The notes under the pieces were generated by a model. That model searched no databases. It was not told the DNA's origin and saw only the letters and a list, made by a program, of their open reading frames with translations. Source: Rubrivivax sp. (lineage in GTDB: Bacteria > Pseudomonadota > Gammaproteobacteria > Burkholderiales > Burkholderiaceae_C). Taken from it: DNA of 64,000 bases. Shown here one piece after another: positions 48,366 through 58,424 of the stretch; the first letter of the stretch is position 1; the number at the start of each line of letters is the position of its first letter. The position numbers and the translations under genes were made by a program. The stretch lies in the NCBI GenBank assembly GCA_030653385.1, contig JAURZM010000043.1:7341-71340 (forward strand). The letters are read 5' to 3'.

Positions 48366-50755
48366 TGGCATCTCCCTTGGCCGTAGTAGCAGGTCGGGAT
48401 GCGGCTGGCGCCGTTGCCCTGCAGCGTTGCCAGGTTCGGCAGCGTCGGCACCAGCGAGGCATAGAACTCCGACAGATCCATCGCCGCGAAGTCGAGGGAT
48501 TGCAGTTGGGCGACGGTGAAGCCCGAGCAGTCGGCGCTCTGCGCGCCACCCCAGCCCTTGCCGATCTGGGCCCGGCCCTGTTCATTGACGATGCGCGCGA
48601 GCATCGAGTTGAAGCAGCACTTGGAGGTGGTGCGTTCAACGCACGAGACGCAGACGCCCAGCACGCGGAAGCACGAAGAACACCAGGTGCCGATCGTGTG
48701 GCAGAGCTTCGCGCCTTCCTTCATCGCGAGCTTTCCTTCGTTCTCGTTGCACGACATCATCGAGAGGATGATGTAGATGATCACGGCGATGACCAGCGAC
48801 CACGGGTCGAAGGCGACGACGAGGTTGGTGCCCGAATACACCACGGTGGAGCCGGCGGGAATCGCGGCGCCGTTGACGGCGACGGTGACGCCGTAGGTGG
48901 TGAAGGTGCCACTGAAGCCGGCGCCTGTGAGCAGTGCCGACATGCCCTGGTACAGGAACTGCCGGTTCTCGCTGTTCATCAGCACGTCGTACACCAGGCG
49001 GGAACCGGAGCCGAACATGCTTTGGTTCGTCATGCCGGCCCCTGCGCCGTCGGCGTAGCAGCAGTTCTTCAGCAGGCGGTCGCGGCAGCGGTTCTCTTCC
49101 CCGTCGAACACCTGCATCCGGTCGCTGTTGATGTAGACGCCGGCCTCGCGGCCCGCCTCCAGCATCGACATGCTGCGTGCGAAGTCGGCGTCGTTGGGGG
49201 CGGCGATGTTGAAGCAGTTGCCGTCCAGGCAGAACACGTTGGTCGGGCAGTTGCTGGCGCTGGTGACGGTCTGGGCCGGCACCGGGCAGGTGTAGCCGTC
49301 CTCATAGACCTCGCACACGCCGGTGACGGTGTTCGTCTGTCTGCAGGCCGATGTGGTCGCGGTGCAGCCTGTGGCGACCAGCGGCGCGCATTGATCCAGC
49401 GGCGCCGCGCTGGTGCAGCTCATCGTGCTGGTGTATTCCCAGCAGTCCCGAGTGATGGACACGCCGTCGATCACCTTGGTCGCCGGGCCGTCGGTGCACA
49501 CCGGGGCGGTGCTGACTGTGCAGCGCCCGCCGGCGGCCAGCGCCGGGCATTGGTCATCCCAGCGGTCCGTCGCGGTCACCGCGGTGGCGGGCCGGGTGTA
49601 GCTCAGCGCCATGGTCGGTATCGGGCCGTAGGCGGGGTTGGCGGTCCAGCCGACGACCGAGCGGTCAGCGTCACTGTTCCAGAACGACCCGGGCACGGTG
49701 CCTGTCACGTCGATGCCGGCATAGGGGGTCCAGCCACCCGCCGGCGCGTAGCACTTGGCGCCATCCAGTGCCGTGGTGGTGCAGCCGCTGTCGCCGGAGC
49801 ACACGGTGTCCTGGATGTTGTCGCCGCTCTGCGTGCCCGCACGGCAGGCTGCGTACACCTTCAGGAAGGGCTCGACACTGGTGCAGGAATAGCCCGAGTC
49901 GCCGCCGCCAGTGCACGTCTCCAGCGACTCGGCGGCGATCATGGCGGTGAGGCTGCAGGCGCTGCCTGCGCAGGACTTGTTGGCCACCCACACGCCAGTG
50001 CGGATCGGCAGACCGGTCATGCCGGAGTAACTGGTCTCCAGCACCGCCACCATCTGCGGGAACACGACGGGGGTGGTCATGTCCACGTCGAAGAAGCTCA
50101 GCGGCGCGCTGTCTTGCGTGACTCGGAAGTGGTGAGCCGTGTCGGGTCGATCCGGCAGGCATTGCACACCCAGCCCCGAGCGCCCCGATGCGGCGGTTGC
50201 AAACCAGTCGCCGGGGTTGCAACTCGTGGTTCGCTCGGTGGCGACGGTCAGCGAGCGAGTACAAAGGTAGTTGCCTACGCCCTGGTAGCGCAGGCAGGTG
50301 CGAGCCTGCGTGGTGGGCGGCAAGCTGGTGACCGTGGTGGTGCAACCGCTGTAGTAGGCAGCCAGGCCGCCCAGCACGCTGGAGGGACTGCGCCCGATAT
50401 CGCGGGCCGCTGCTACCGCCGGGTCAGTGGCGGTGACGGCGGGCCTTGGTGTGTTGGCCGACGTGACAGCGCCGCGCTGGGCCTGACACACGGGGTCATT
50501 GGGCAGCGTCGCGCACATCGAGAGGCGTGCGCTGCCCTGCGTAGCGAGGTTGGGTTGCCGGTAGTAGGCCGCCTCGGGCGGCGCGGTCGTGTAGCCCGGC
50601 ACCACCGCCGTGGCGTTCGGTGCCGTCACGCTGCCGCTCGCCACCGGGTTGGCGGCTTGTCCGGCCGCGACACCCTCCTCGTGTGGGCCGGCGATGGCGG
50701 AGGTCTGCGTCGTGACGAAGCAGAAGACCGTGAACCAGATGACGAGCTTGCGCAC
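48362..50755 (-). CDS. traN: Mating-pair stabilisation adhesin TraN
   Basis: Cys-rich; C-terminal CHTIGTWC, CCFNSMLARIVNEQGR, CSGFT..LQSLDF. Confidence 0.93.
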   Translation of the reverse strand: MRKLVIWFTVFCFVTTQTSAIAGPHEEGVAAGQAANPVASGSVTAPNATAVVPGYTTAPPEAAYYRQPNLATQGSARLSMCATLPNDPVCQAQRGAVTSANTPRPAVTATDPAVAAARDIGRSPSSVLGGLAAYYSGCTTTVTSLPPTTQARTCLRYQGVGNYLCTRSLTVATERTTSCNPGDWFATAASGRSGLGVQCLPDRPDTAHHFRVTQDSAPLSFFDVDMTTPVVFPQMVAVLETSYSGMTGLPIRTGVWVANKSCAGSACSLTAMIAAESLETCTGGGDSGYSCTSVEPFLKVYAACRAGTQSGDNIQDTVCSGDSGCTTTALDGAKCYAPAGGWTPYAGIDVTGTVPGSFWNSDADRSVVGWTANPAYGPIPTMALSYTRPATAVTATDRWDDQCPALAAGGRCTVSTAPVCTDGPATKVIDGVSITRDCWEYTSTMSCTSAAPLDQCAPLVATGCTATTSACRQTNTVTGVCEVYEDGYTCPVPAQTVTSASNCPTNVFCLDGNCFNIAAPNDADFARSMSMLEAGREAGVYINSDRMQVFDGEENRCRDRLLKNCCYADGAGAGMTNQSMFGSGSRLVYDVLMNSENRQFLYQGMSALLTGAGFSGTFTTYGVTVAVNGAAIPAGSTVVYSGTNLVVAFDPWSLVIAVIIYIILSMMSCNENEGKLAMKEGAKLCHTIGTWCSSCFRVLGVCVSCVERTTSKCCFNSMLARIVNEQGRAQIGKGWGGAQSADCSGFTVAQLQSLDFAAMDLSEFYASLVPTLPNLATLQGNGASRIPTCYYGQGRCQ

Positions 50756-50757
50756 GA

Positions 50758-51528
50758 TCAGCTCCCCGTGCCCTTCAGCCGCCGCAGGAACCCGATGGCA
50801 TCGCGGGCCAGGCGTGGTGTGGAGCGCTGGATGAATTCGAGGGCGTAGTCGAGACTCACGTCACCGGCTGCCAATGCGAACTGATGGGTGGCGAAACAGG
50901 CGGCAGCACCGCAAGGGCGGGGCTGGGCGCCGCCCTGCAGCAGCACGAACGAAGGTGTCCGCGTCACCGCGAAGCGGTCGAAGGCCTGAGGATCGATCTG
51001 CACTGACACCCGGCGGCTGCCGATCAGGCGCTGAACACGCTCGACCGTGTCGCGCAGCGAGTTGTTGACCAGCCCGCGCAAGACCAGAGATGCGCGAGCG
51101 CGTGTGGCTTGGTCAACGAGGCGGGCGAGCGTGGGCTCGGGCAACTCGAAGCTGATGAAGATCAACAGCCCTGGACCTGCGTTGGGTTTGAGGGCCGGCT
51201 GGCCCGTCTGCGCATCGAAGCCTTTGGCAAGGGCTTCCAGGTCGATGGGTGTACGCGTTGCGGGCTGGGGCAGCATGTCCACCTTGGGGGTGGACGGCAC
51301 AGGTACGCGAGCCAAGTCAGCATCCGATGGCGTCGGATGCTTCCGCCGCGCGCTTTCGACATCGCGGTCGGTGACAGCAGGCTGCGCGCGGCGTGCTCGT
51401 TCCACGTCGGCGTCGGTCACAGGCGGTGTGCCCTGGGCCCACACACCTGGGCAGCACGTCAGCGCGATGCAGGCAAGGGCAGCGTGGGCAGCGCCGCGCA
51501 GGCGCAAGGCGATGTCAGTAGCCCACAC
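50758..51528 (-). CDS. trbC: F-type pilus assembly protein TrbC
   Basis: FISFELP, LVLRGL, QIDPQAFDRFAVTRTP, GDVSLDYAL; GTG start with a GAGGA RBS. Confidence 0.9.
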   Translation of the reverse strand: MWATDIALRLRGAAHAALACIALTCCPGVWAQGTPPVTDADVERARRAQPAVTDRDVESARRKHPTPSDADLARVPVPSTPKVDMLPQPATRTPIDLEALAKGFDAQTGQPALKPNAGPGLLIFISFELPEPTLARLVDQATRARASLVLRGLVNNSLRDTVERVQRLIGSRRVSVQIDPQAFDRFAVTRTPSFVLLQGGAQPRPCGAAACFATHQFALAAGDVSLDYALEFIQRSTPRLARDAIGFLRRLKGTGS

Positions 51529-52537
51529 AGCAGTTCCTCTTGCGAAACAGCATGAAGGCGAAGTCTTCGCCGCGCACCGGGTATTCCTTGCCGGCGCCCC
51601 AGACGATGGTGCTGCGGCCGAAGGGCTGGCAGCAGCGTCCGCCGTCCTTCGCGGTGTTCGCAACCGGGTAGGTGAGCTGGGCCTTGTAGGCCGTCTTGTC
51701 CATTGCCGGCAGGAAGTACGGCCCGCACAGCCCTGGCTTGCCATGCCAGCCCCAGGCCAGCAGCTCGCGGTGCATCTTGGCGGTCAGCCGCTGGGCCAGC
51801 AGTTCGGCCGTGCGCACGCCGCCCATGTGGTACGGCACATGGCCATCGAGGGGGTAGAGGCCACCCTGGCAGCCGGCACACCAGAACATCTCGGCGATGC
51901 CGAATCCGGCGGTGGCGGCCACGCAGTCGGCGGCGCACGCGGCCACCGCGACCGGGTTGGCAAAGAGCACGGCCTCCGGGTTGAGGATCAGCGTGAGCTC
52001 GTCGTCGTTCCACAGCGGATCGACTTCGGTCAGGTAGGCCAGGTCGAAAGAACCGCGTTCCAGGCAAGGAAAATCCGTCACCACCTCCAGCCAGTACAGC
52101 ACTGGGTTCACATAGAAGTGCGCCTGGTAGAAGCTGCCGCCATCGCCGTCGCCTTCGGAGCGCGTGAACCGCGCTGCCGCGGGCGCCGAGATGCCGGGAT
52201 CGAGGTCGATGCCACCCAGCGAAGCCAGGCAGAAGGGCTTGCGCACCGCCTCGACGTGGCGCGCCGGCTCCCAGAAGCCGATCGACAGGCCGATGGTCGG
52301 GTTCACGCCGCAACTGCAGACCGGGTTCGACGGATTGGGGATGTCTTCCTGAGCATCGAAGTTGGCGATGGTGGCGCTGCCGATGCTGATCGGCAGGATG
52401 CAGCTCCAGCAGATCTCGGTGATGGGGTTGGGGAACCTGCCGGTGCAGGTGAGGCTGTCGGCGGCCTGGGTGAGGGGCGACGCCAGCGTCAGCAAGCCGG
52501 CGAGCACGGTGGCGAGCATGCGGCGGACGGCCTTCAT
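51515..52537 (-). CDS. traU: TraU
   Basis: NPITEICWSCILP, GFWEP, YLTEVDPLW, RKRNCC. Confidence 0.95.
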   Translation of the reverse strand: MKAVRRMLATVLAGLLTLASPLTQAADSLTCTGRFPNPITEICWSCILPISIGSATIANFDAQEDIPNPSNPVCSCGVNPTIGLSIGFWEPARHVEAVRKPFCLASLGGIDLDPGISAPAAARFTRSEGDGDGGSFYQAHFYVNPVLYWLEVVTDFPCLERGSFDLAYLTEVDPLWNDDELTLILNPEAVLFANPVAVAACAADCVAATAGFGIAEMFWCAGCQGGLYPLDGHVPYHMGGVRTAELLAQRLTAKMHRELLAWGWHGKPGLCGPYFLPAMDKTAYKAQLTYPVANTAKDGGRCCQPFGRSTIVWGAGKEYPVRGEDFAFMLFRKRNCCVGY

Positions 52538-53163
52538 GGCAGCACCACCTCGTCGATGCGCAATCGCGCCCCTTCCTGCGACACGAGGGCTGGCACCTGG
52601 CGGATGCCGAAGCGGCGTGTCAGCGTGCCTTGCTGGTCGTAGTAGACGGGGATGCGCCAGGCCTTCATCAAGTCCAGATACGACCCGCCGGTGAGGATCG
52701 GCTTGACCTTGCCGGCGTACCTCGCGATCAACTCGTGGGCACGGGTCACCTGGCGGCGGTCACGGGCATCGAAGAACAGCAGGTGCTTGGACAGCGACAC
52801 CACGTCCAACGGGTTCTTGCGCGTGCCCGCCGCGAACAAGAGTTGGCCGCGTGCATCCGTGATGTTGCGGTCCAGCGTGAAGCTGGGGTCGAAGTAGAAG
52901 GTGCGGGCGGTTGCCGTGGGCTGCAGGCCTGAGACGGCCTGCGGCCGTTTGACCGCGTCGATTCCACGGGCCTGTGCTTGTTCGATGAGCTGCTGCAGCT
53001 CGCCACTGCGTTCCTTGGCACGCAAGCGCTGCTCGATGAAGTTCAGCAGGTGCGGTTCGCCGATCCCGTAGGTGGGCCCGATGGCCCCGAGATCGGCTGC
53101 CTGGGCGACGCTTGCGCCCACCAGCAGAGCCACGGCAAGATGCGGAAGGCGGATCGTGTTCAC
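52534..53163 (-). CDS. traW: TraW
   Basis: DLGAIGPTYGIGE, FDPS, NPLD, YYDQQG.L..RFGI..VPA. Confidence 0.93.
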   Translation of the reverse strand: MNTIRLPHLAVALLVGASVAQAADLGAIGPTYGIGEPHLLNFIEQRLRAKERSGELQQLIEQAQARGIDAVKRPQAVSGLQPTATARTFYFDPSFTLDRNITDARGQLLFAAGTRKNPLDVVSLSKHLLFFDARDRRQVTRAHELIARYAGKVKPILTGGSYLDLMKAWRIPVYYDQQGTLTRRFGIRQVPALVSQEGARLRIDEVVLP

Positions 53164-53525
53164 CGCACGCTCCGTCGTTCACAGGTCACACGCTGCGCGA
53201 GTTGAGCGAGCGCCTTCGCGTCGCGGAGATGACTCGCGCGGATCATGCCCATCAGCACCGGGTCACCGTCACCGCCGGCCATGGCCTGGCGCAGTTCGGT
53301 GGCTCGCACGGGCCGGCCGCAGCGTTGTTGAAAGGCTTGCAGGTAAGCCTGGGCACCCTCGTGCGCGGCCGGCGAGATCTGGGCCAGCAGGGCGAGGTAG
53401 TCGGCCAGTGGCATGTCGTCGGTGATGGGCAGTGTGGCGACCGGCGCCGTTTGCGCGTGCGTTGGAGAGGCCATCGGCCCGACGACGGCTAAAGCCATGG
53501 CAAGGAGTGCGACGCAAGGCTTCAC
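53160..53525 (-). CDS. Exported hypothetical protein in the tra operon
   Basis: Signal peptide, helical body with two Cys; stop overlaps the traW start. Confidence 0.6.
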   Translation of the reverse strand: MKPCVALLAMALAVVGPMASPTHAQTAPVATLPITDDMPLADYLALLAQISPAAHEGAQAYLQAFQQRCGRPVRATELRQAMAGGDGDPVLMGMIRASHLRDAKALAQLAQRVTCERRSVR

Positions 53526-53534
53526 GATGCGCCC

Positions 53535-54086
53535 TCAGAACAGCGGCACCACAGTGCCCAGCACCTGCTCGGCCCGCACGAGGCCGCTCGCGCGGTAGCG
53601 GGAGTCGAAGGAGTCAGGGCTGGTGCCTTGCACGTAGTAGTGGCCCGGCGGGATGACCGTGGCCGCGATGGGTTCCAGCGGCCGGCGGTCGTAGGCATGC
53701 GTCTTGGCCTGACCGACGACCTCGCCGTTGATGGCGACGATGCGGCCGTCAACGGTGAGCGCATCACCCGGCATACCGCGCACGATCTTGAAGAAGGGCT
53801 GGCCCCGCAGGCCGGGGTAGGCGGCCTGCGCTTCACCCGCGAAGGCGAAAACCACGTAGTCACCACGCCGCAAGGTGTGCGGCCCGTACTGCACCAACGC
53901 CACGCTGTAGGGCAGGCTCGGCGTCCAGTTGAACAGCACCGGCAGGCGGGGTGTCGGGTCGATGAACACGCGGGCGTAGGCAAAGGCCCAGACCGCGAAC
54001 ACCGGCGCGTACAGGTACCAGCGCGCCCGCATGTGATGCAGGAAGTCGGCGAAGTTGGCGACGAACCTGATGGCCAGCGTCTTCAT
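53535..54086 (-). CDS. S26-family conjugative pilin-processing peptidase (TrhF / GGI TrbI-like)
   Basis: NWTPSLP (Ser), FFKIVRGMPGD (Lys), DSFDSRY. Confidence 0.9.
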   Translation of the reverse strand: MKTLAIRFVANFADFLHHMRARWYLYAPVFAVWAFAYARVFIDPTPRLPVLFNWTPSLPYSVALVQYGPHTLRRGDYVVFAFAGEAQAAYPGLRGQPFFKIVRGMPGDALTVDGRIVAINGEVVGQAKTHAYDRRPLEPIAATVIPPGHYYVQGTSPDSFDSRYRASGLVRAEQVLGTVVPLF

Positions 54087-54439
54087 GGCGCCTCCAGCTT
54101 TCGTTTGAGGTGCGCGGTCAGGTCCAGCGTGCGCGGCGTGGGGCCCGCCACAGCGCTCTTGAGCACCACCAGGCAGGCACAGTCGCGCGGCAGCTCCTCC
54201 AGTGCGACCGGCAAGCGCTGCGAGAACCTGCGTGCCATCGCCATGGCCCGCTCGCGCTCGATGTCGGAGCCGGCCTTGGTCAGGATCAGCGTGAACTGCG
54301 CTTCCTTCTGCCGATAGACCTCGCCGACGTCGACCACGCCGATGAGTTGCCCGGGCCGGATCACCAGGCGGTCGTACGCCGCCAGCGTGCCGAAGACGAT
54401 CAGCGCCGCCATCAGGGCGTTCAGGAGCACGGCTTTCAT
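54083..54439 (-). CDS. Small membrane-anchored T4SS accessory protein (position of GGI ybe)
   Basis: N-terminal TM, IGVVDV, LVVLKSAV; coupled to traC and the peptidase. Confidence 0.65.
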   Translation of the reverse strand: MKAVLLNALMAALIVFGTLAAYDRLVIRPGQLIGVVDVGEVYRQKEAQFTLILTKAGSDIERERAMAMARRFSQRLPVALEELPRDCACLVVLKSAVAGPTPRTLDLTAHLKRKLEAP

Positions 54440-57000
54440 GTCACATGCCCCCGGCGGCGCAGAAGCTCGGCGATGGCCTCGTCGATGCTCAGGCCTTGTG
54501 CGCGCAAGTCATCGATCGGCGCGTTGTCCTCCAGCTTGTTGGAGAACAGCAGGTGCGTCGCCGGGTCGAGGATGTTGCGTGCCACACCCTCGCCGACTGG
54601 CGACGAGATGTAGACCTCGGAGAACACACCCGGCTCGGTGCGCAGGGAGTTCAGCAGCCGCTTCTTCGGCTCGTCCATCGACAGCCGCCCCTTGCGGTCG
54701 AGCATCTCGATGGACTCGGGCTTCTGGCGCAGCAGGAACACCCAGTCCGAGCAGTTGAACGCGGCCTCCATCTGCGCCGAGCCGTAGTAGTCGTCGGCGC
54801 TCTGGGTGGCGGTGCCCAGCGAGCCGCCGTATTTGCGCGCGCGCCGGGCGGCTTCCTCGACGACCGCGGCCTTGACCGGGTCGTCGGCGCCGATGTCGCC
54901 AAGCTGCTGCTTGAGCTCGTCGATGAACAGCACCTTGCGCCGGTTGCGCGTCAGGTACATCTCGCCGGTGATCTGGTGCAGCAGCAGGATGTTGACGACG
55001 GCATGCAGATCCGGCCGGCGCTTCAGCTCCTCGTTCTCGATGACGACGAAGTCGTTGTCGAAGTCGACGTTGTTGCGGCCCTCGAAGAAACGCTCGTACT
55101 GCCCACCTCGTGCGTAGGGGTTCAGCATGATCGCCAGGTCGCGGATGCGCGGATCGTTGACAGCGCCCAGTTCCTCGATGGAGCCTTCCTTGAAGGCGTC
55201 GCGCAGCGCAGTGATCGTCAGGTCGTTGCCATGCACGCGGAACAGCCGTAGCACCATCGCCGAGATGGCCTTGTACTGAACTTCGTCCAGCGGCCTGGAC
55301 ATCGATGCCATCTTCGAGATGGCCGGCACCAGCATGTCGATGTCTTCGTTGATGTCGACGATGCGCGTGAACGGGTTCAGGCAGATGTCCACATCCGGCT
55401 TGAACTCGATGTAGGTGCCCTTGGCCTTGCGGCACAGCTTCTCGAAGGAGCGGCCCAGGTCCAGCATCCAGACCTTGGCGTCGATGGCGCGGTAGGACCA
55501 GGCCATCTCGTTCATCAACACCGACTTGCCCGACCCCGGCGCGCCGATGATCGCGAAGTTGTAGTTGCCCAGGTCGTTGTCGAAGATGTCCAGCGTCATC
55601 AGCTGGCCGCGCCGGCCGCCGAACACCAACGCCGGGGTGCGCGTGCCGCGCCATTCGGCGATCAGCGGCGCCAGGTGGATGGCGTTGGCCATGGTCTTGC
55701 GCGAGACGCGGCGCATCTTGGCCAGGTCTTTGTGGAACTTCTCGGAAAGCGTCATCGGCAGACTGGCCAGCAGCGCCTGCCGGTGCATATACACGTCGGC
55801 GTTGAGCTGGAAGCCTCGGCCGCGCCAGATGGCGTTGGCGGTCTCCTGAGCCGCCACCGCCTTGTGCGGTGGGGTGAAGATCGCCAGTTGGTGGTACAGG
55901 CTCACCAGGCTGCTGCCGATGTCGATGGCGTTGGCCGCCGCCGTCCAGTCCTGCAGCTTCTTGCCGACGTCCGGCATCACGTCGGCCATCTTGCTCTTGG
56001 CGTTCTGCGTCGCCCGCACATGGTTGGCGGTGACGACGGACTTCATGACGTTCGGGTCGAGCACGTGCACGCCCATCGTCAGCAGGAAGGGTGCGCTGTA
56101 CTGCAGCGCCGGCTGCATCAAGTCGCCGATCAGCGAGCCCATCTGCCACAGCGCGAAGCGTTCGGGGAAGGATTTGATCGAGTAGAAGCGCGCTTCGAGT
56201 ACGTCTTCGCCGCCTTCCTTCCACAGGGTCAGGCCACCGGCGTGCGGGTCCTGGATGGTGTCGAAGTCGATGATCTGGTCGCGCAACTCGCGGCCGTCGT
56301 CGTAGTGCAGATTCGGCGCGTCGGTCTGCGAGATGCGGTCGGGGTTGGTGAACAGCGCGCACCAGTTGATCAGGTCGGCCGCGTCACACACACGGTTCGG
56401 CAGCGAGGCCGAGCGCAGCGTCGATGCCATCGACTCGCGCAGCGCCATCAACTCGTCGCGCCGTGTCAGGTCTTCGGCGTCGGCGGTGAGCGCCACGCTC
56501 ATCATCAGACGGAAGTCACGGATCGTGTAGTGGAAGCCCGATGTCAGCGATGTCTGCGCCCCCTGCAGCAGGTGGCCGACGCGCTGGCGAGCGAGGCGGT
56601 GGAACAGGTTGTCGTTGCGCGCCGGCCGTCCCCAGTGCTTGGCCTTGTCGGCTTGGTCAACGTCTTCGACGCGCAGGTTGGCGTAGCGGCGCAGTTGGTC
56701 ACGCAGGTGCGGCGAGGCGAAGAGGTGGAACTGGATGCCAGTGCCGGGCGGGCAGGTGGAGTACACCGAGATCAGCACCTCGGCCATGCGCTCGTCGGCG
56801 CCGGACTGCGGCATCACCTCGAGCATGAAGCCCATGCTGTCGCGGTTGACGAACAGCTTCTCGGCACCCAGGTAGGCGGAGTAGGGCAGCCACGCCGCGA
56901 ACTGCTCGGCCGGTGTGTCCTGCGTCTGGCCAAAGCCGAACAACGACGGGCGTGCGGGGCGGCTGACCAAGGGCTGGCGGTTCGGGGCGTCGGTGTGCAT
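54436..57000 (-). CDS. traC: VirB4-family ATPase TraC
   Basis: Walker A GAPGSGKS, DLGRSF, Walker B LFIDE, RRARKYGG...TQS. Confidence 0.96.
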   Translation of the reverse strand: MHTDAPNRQPLVSRPARPSLFGFGQTQDTPAEQFAAWLPYSAYLGAEKLFVNRDSMGFMLEVMPQSGADERMAEVLISVYSTCPPGTGIQFHLFASPHLRDQLRRYANLRVEDVDQADKAKHWGRPARNDNLFHRLARQRVGHLLQGAQTSLTSGFHYTIRDFRLMMSVALTADAEDLTRRDELMALRESMASTLRSASLPNRVCDAADLINWCALFTNPDRISQTDAPNLHYDDGRELRDQIIDFDTIQDPHAGGLTLWKEGGEDVLEARFYSIKSFPERFALWQMGSLIGDLMQPALQYSAPFLLTMGVHVLDPNVMKSVVTANHVRATQNAKSKMADVMPDVGKKLQDWTAAANAIDIGSSLVSLYHQLAIFTPPHKAVAAQETANAIWRGRGFQLNADVYMHRQALLASLPMTLSEKFHKDLAKMRRVSRKTMANAIHLAPLIAEWRGTRTPALVFGGRRGQLMTLDIFDNDLGNYNFAIIGAPGSGKSVLMNEMAWSYRAIDAKVWMLDLGRSFEKLCRKAKGTYIEFKPDVDICLNPFTRIVDINEDIDMLVPAISKMASMSRPLDEVQYKAISAMVLRLFRVHGNDLTITALRDAFKEGSIEELGAVNDPRIRDLAIMLNPYARGGQYERFFEGRNNVDFDNDFVVIENEELKRRPDLHAVVNILLLHQITGEMYLTRNRRKVLFIDELKQQLGDIGADDPVKAAVVEEAARRARKYGGSLGTATQSADDYYGSAQMEAAFNCSDWVFLLRQKPESIEMLDRKGRLSMDEPKKRLLNSLRTEPGVFSEVYISSPVGEGVARNILDPATHLLFSNKLEDNAPIDDLRAQGLSIDEAIAELLRRRGHVT

Positions 57001-57009
57001 GGCGTGGCC

Positions 57010-57621
57010 TCAGTCGCTGGTGTCGGGCCGTGTGGGAGGCAGCAGGCCTGGCAGCGGGTTCTCGGCGGTGGGCAAGCGCGGCGCACTGCGCGGGTTTGCA
57101 GGCAGCGCGGTTCCTTCCCTGGCCTCGGCGGCGGTGCTTCGCGGTGGCGGTCGCAGCGGTGCATACGCATCACGGATCTGCCGTTGTGCGTGTTCGATCA
57201 GCCACCGGCCGCTGTCGATCTGCACATAGACGTAGCCCTGGTCGTACAAGTCGCGGTCGGCGTCTTCCCAGGGCTTGAACCACAGGCGCAAGATGCGCGC
57301 CGACGAGCGCAGCGGCGCCGGTGAAACCGAAGCGGCGGCGAGCGGGGTGCGCACCTCCGTTGACGCGAGGCTGGTGGCTGTGGGCTGCGGCGTGCCGCTC
57401 GCTTGCGCGGATGGCGCGGTCGGGCGTGAACGCTGGCTCGGCAGGTTGTTGTGGATCGCGTTGGCATAGGTGCCGGACACCGAGTCGCAGGTGACGCCGT
57501 CGGGTGCCTTGCAGGCGTAACTGGAACTGCCACTCAGCCCGGACATGCTCGTGCAGCCGGCGAACAGGGCGGCCAGGCCAATCCATGGCGCGAGCCGCGG
57601 GAGTGGAGACGCGGCGCTCAC
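57010..57621 (-). CDS. traV: Lipoprotein TraV
   Basis: Lipobox [24 protein letters not shown]. Confidence 0.9.
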   Translation of the reverse strand: MSAASPLPRLAPWIGLAALFAGCTSMSGLSGSSSYACKAPDGVTCDSVSGTYANAIHNNLPSQRSRPTAPSAQASGTPQPTATSLASTEVRTPLAAASVSPAPLRSSARILRLWFKPWEDADRDLYDQGYVYVQIDSGRWLIEHAQRQIRDAYAPLRPPPRSTAAEAREGTALPANPRSAPRLPTAENPLPGLLPPTRPDTSD

Positions 57622-58424
57622 GGCCGGACCTCTTGGCTTGCCTGGTTCAGGCGCGCTTCGAGCACGGCGCGCTCGACAAAGCCGTCCGTGCGTGAGCCGT
57701 CGGCCCAGAACAGCGTCGGCGTGCCCTGCACACCCAGGCGATGGGCCAATGCCAGATTGCGATCCACCGGGTGCTCGCAGGTGGACGACGTGCTCAGCAG
57801 TGAGGCGTCGCCTTGCAGCATGAAGCGCCGCCACGCAAGTTCACGGTCCGCGGCACACCAGATCGCAATGGGCTTGTCCTGCCCCTGGAACGGGACCAGG
57901 AAGGTGTACACCGTGATGTTGTCGATGCCGGCCAACTCGGGCTCGAGCCGCCTGCAGTACGAGCAGGCGGGATCGCTGAAGACAGCGACACGCCGTTGGC
58001 CATTGCCCCGAACGGTCTTGATCGCATCGGCCAGCGGCAGCGCGTCGAAGGACACCGGCGCGGCGATTGCCGCCGTTTGCGGGTCGTTCACGCGCTGCGC
58101 AGCCTGCGCGAGCTTCGGGCCGGTCAGGTCCTTCATCGTCTGCGTGTCGAACACGCGGCCGAAGATGAAGAAGCGCGGGTCCCTGGCCGACACGTAGGCC
58201 ACGTTGCCGTTCATCCAGACCTCGTACATGCCGGCGACGGGGGAACGCGACACGCCGGTGAACTCGGTGCCCGGATGGGCCTTCCGCAAGGCTGCGAGCA
58301 GTCTCACTTCGTCGGGCGTCGCGGCCAGGGTCAGCGGCGCAGCGGCGAAGAGCAGCGCGCACAGACATGCGCTCAGACCGTGTTGTCGCGGCCCGTGGCG
58401 GGGCCTGCGTTCAGTAGGTGCCAT
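57618..58424 (-). CDS. dsbC: DsbC-family disulfide isomerase
   Basis: [24 protein letters not shown]. Confidence 0.9.
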   Translation of the reverse strand: MAPTERRPRHGPRQHGLSACLCALLFAAAPLTLAATPDEVRLLAALRKAHPGTEFTGVSRSPVAGMYEVWMNGNVAYVSARDPRFFIFGRVFDTQTMKDLTGPKLAQAAQRVNDPQTAAIAAPVSFDALPLADAIKTVRGNGQRRVAVFSDPACSYCRRLEPELAGIDNITVYTFLVPFQGQDKPIAIWCAADRELAWRRFMLQGDASLLSTSSTCEHPVDRNLALAHRLGVQGTPTLFWADGSRTDGFVERAVLEARLNQASQEVRP

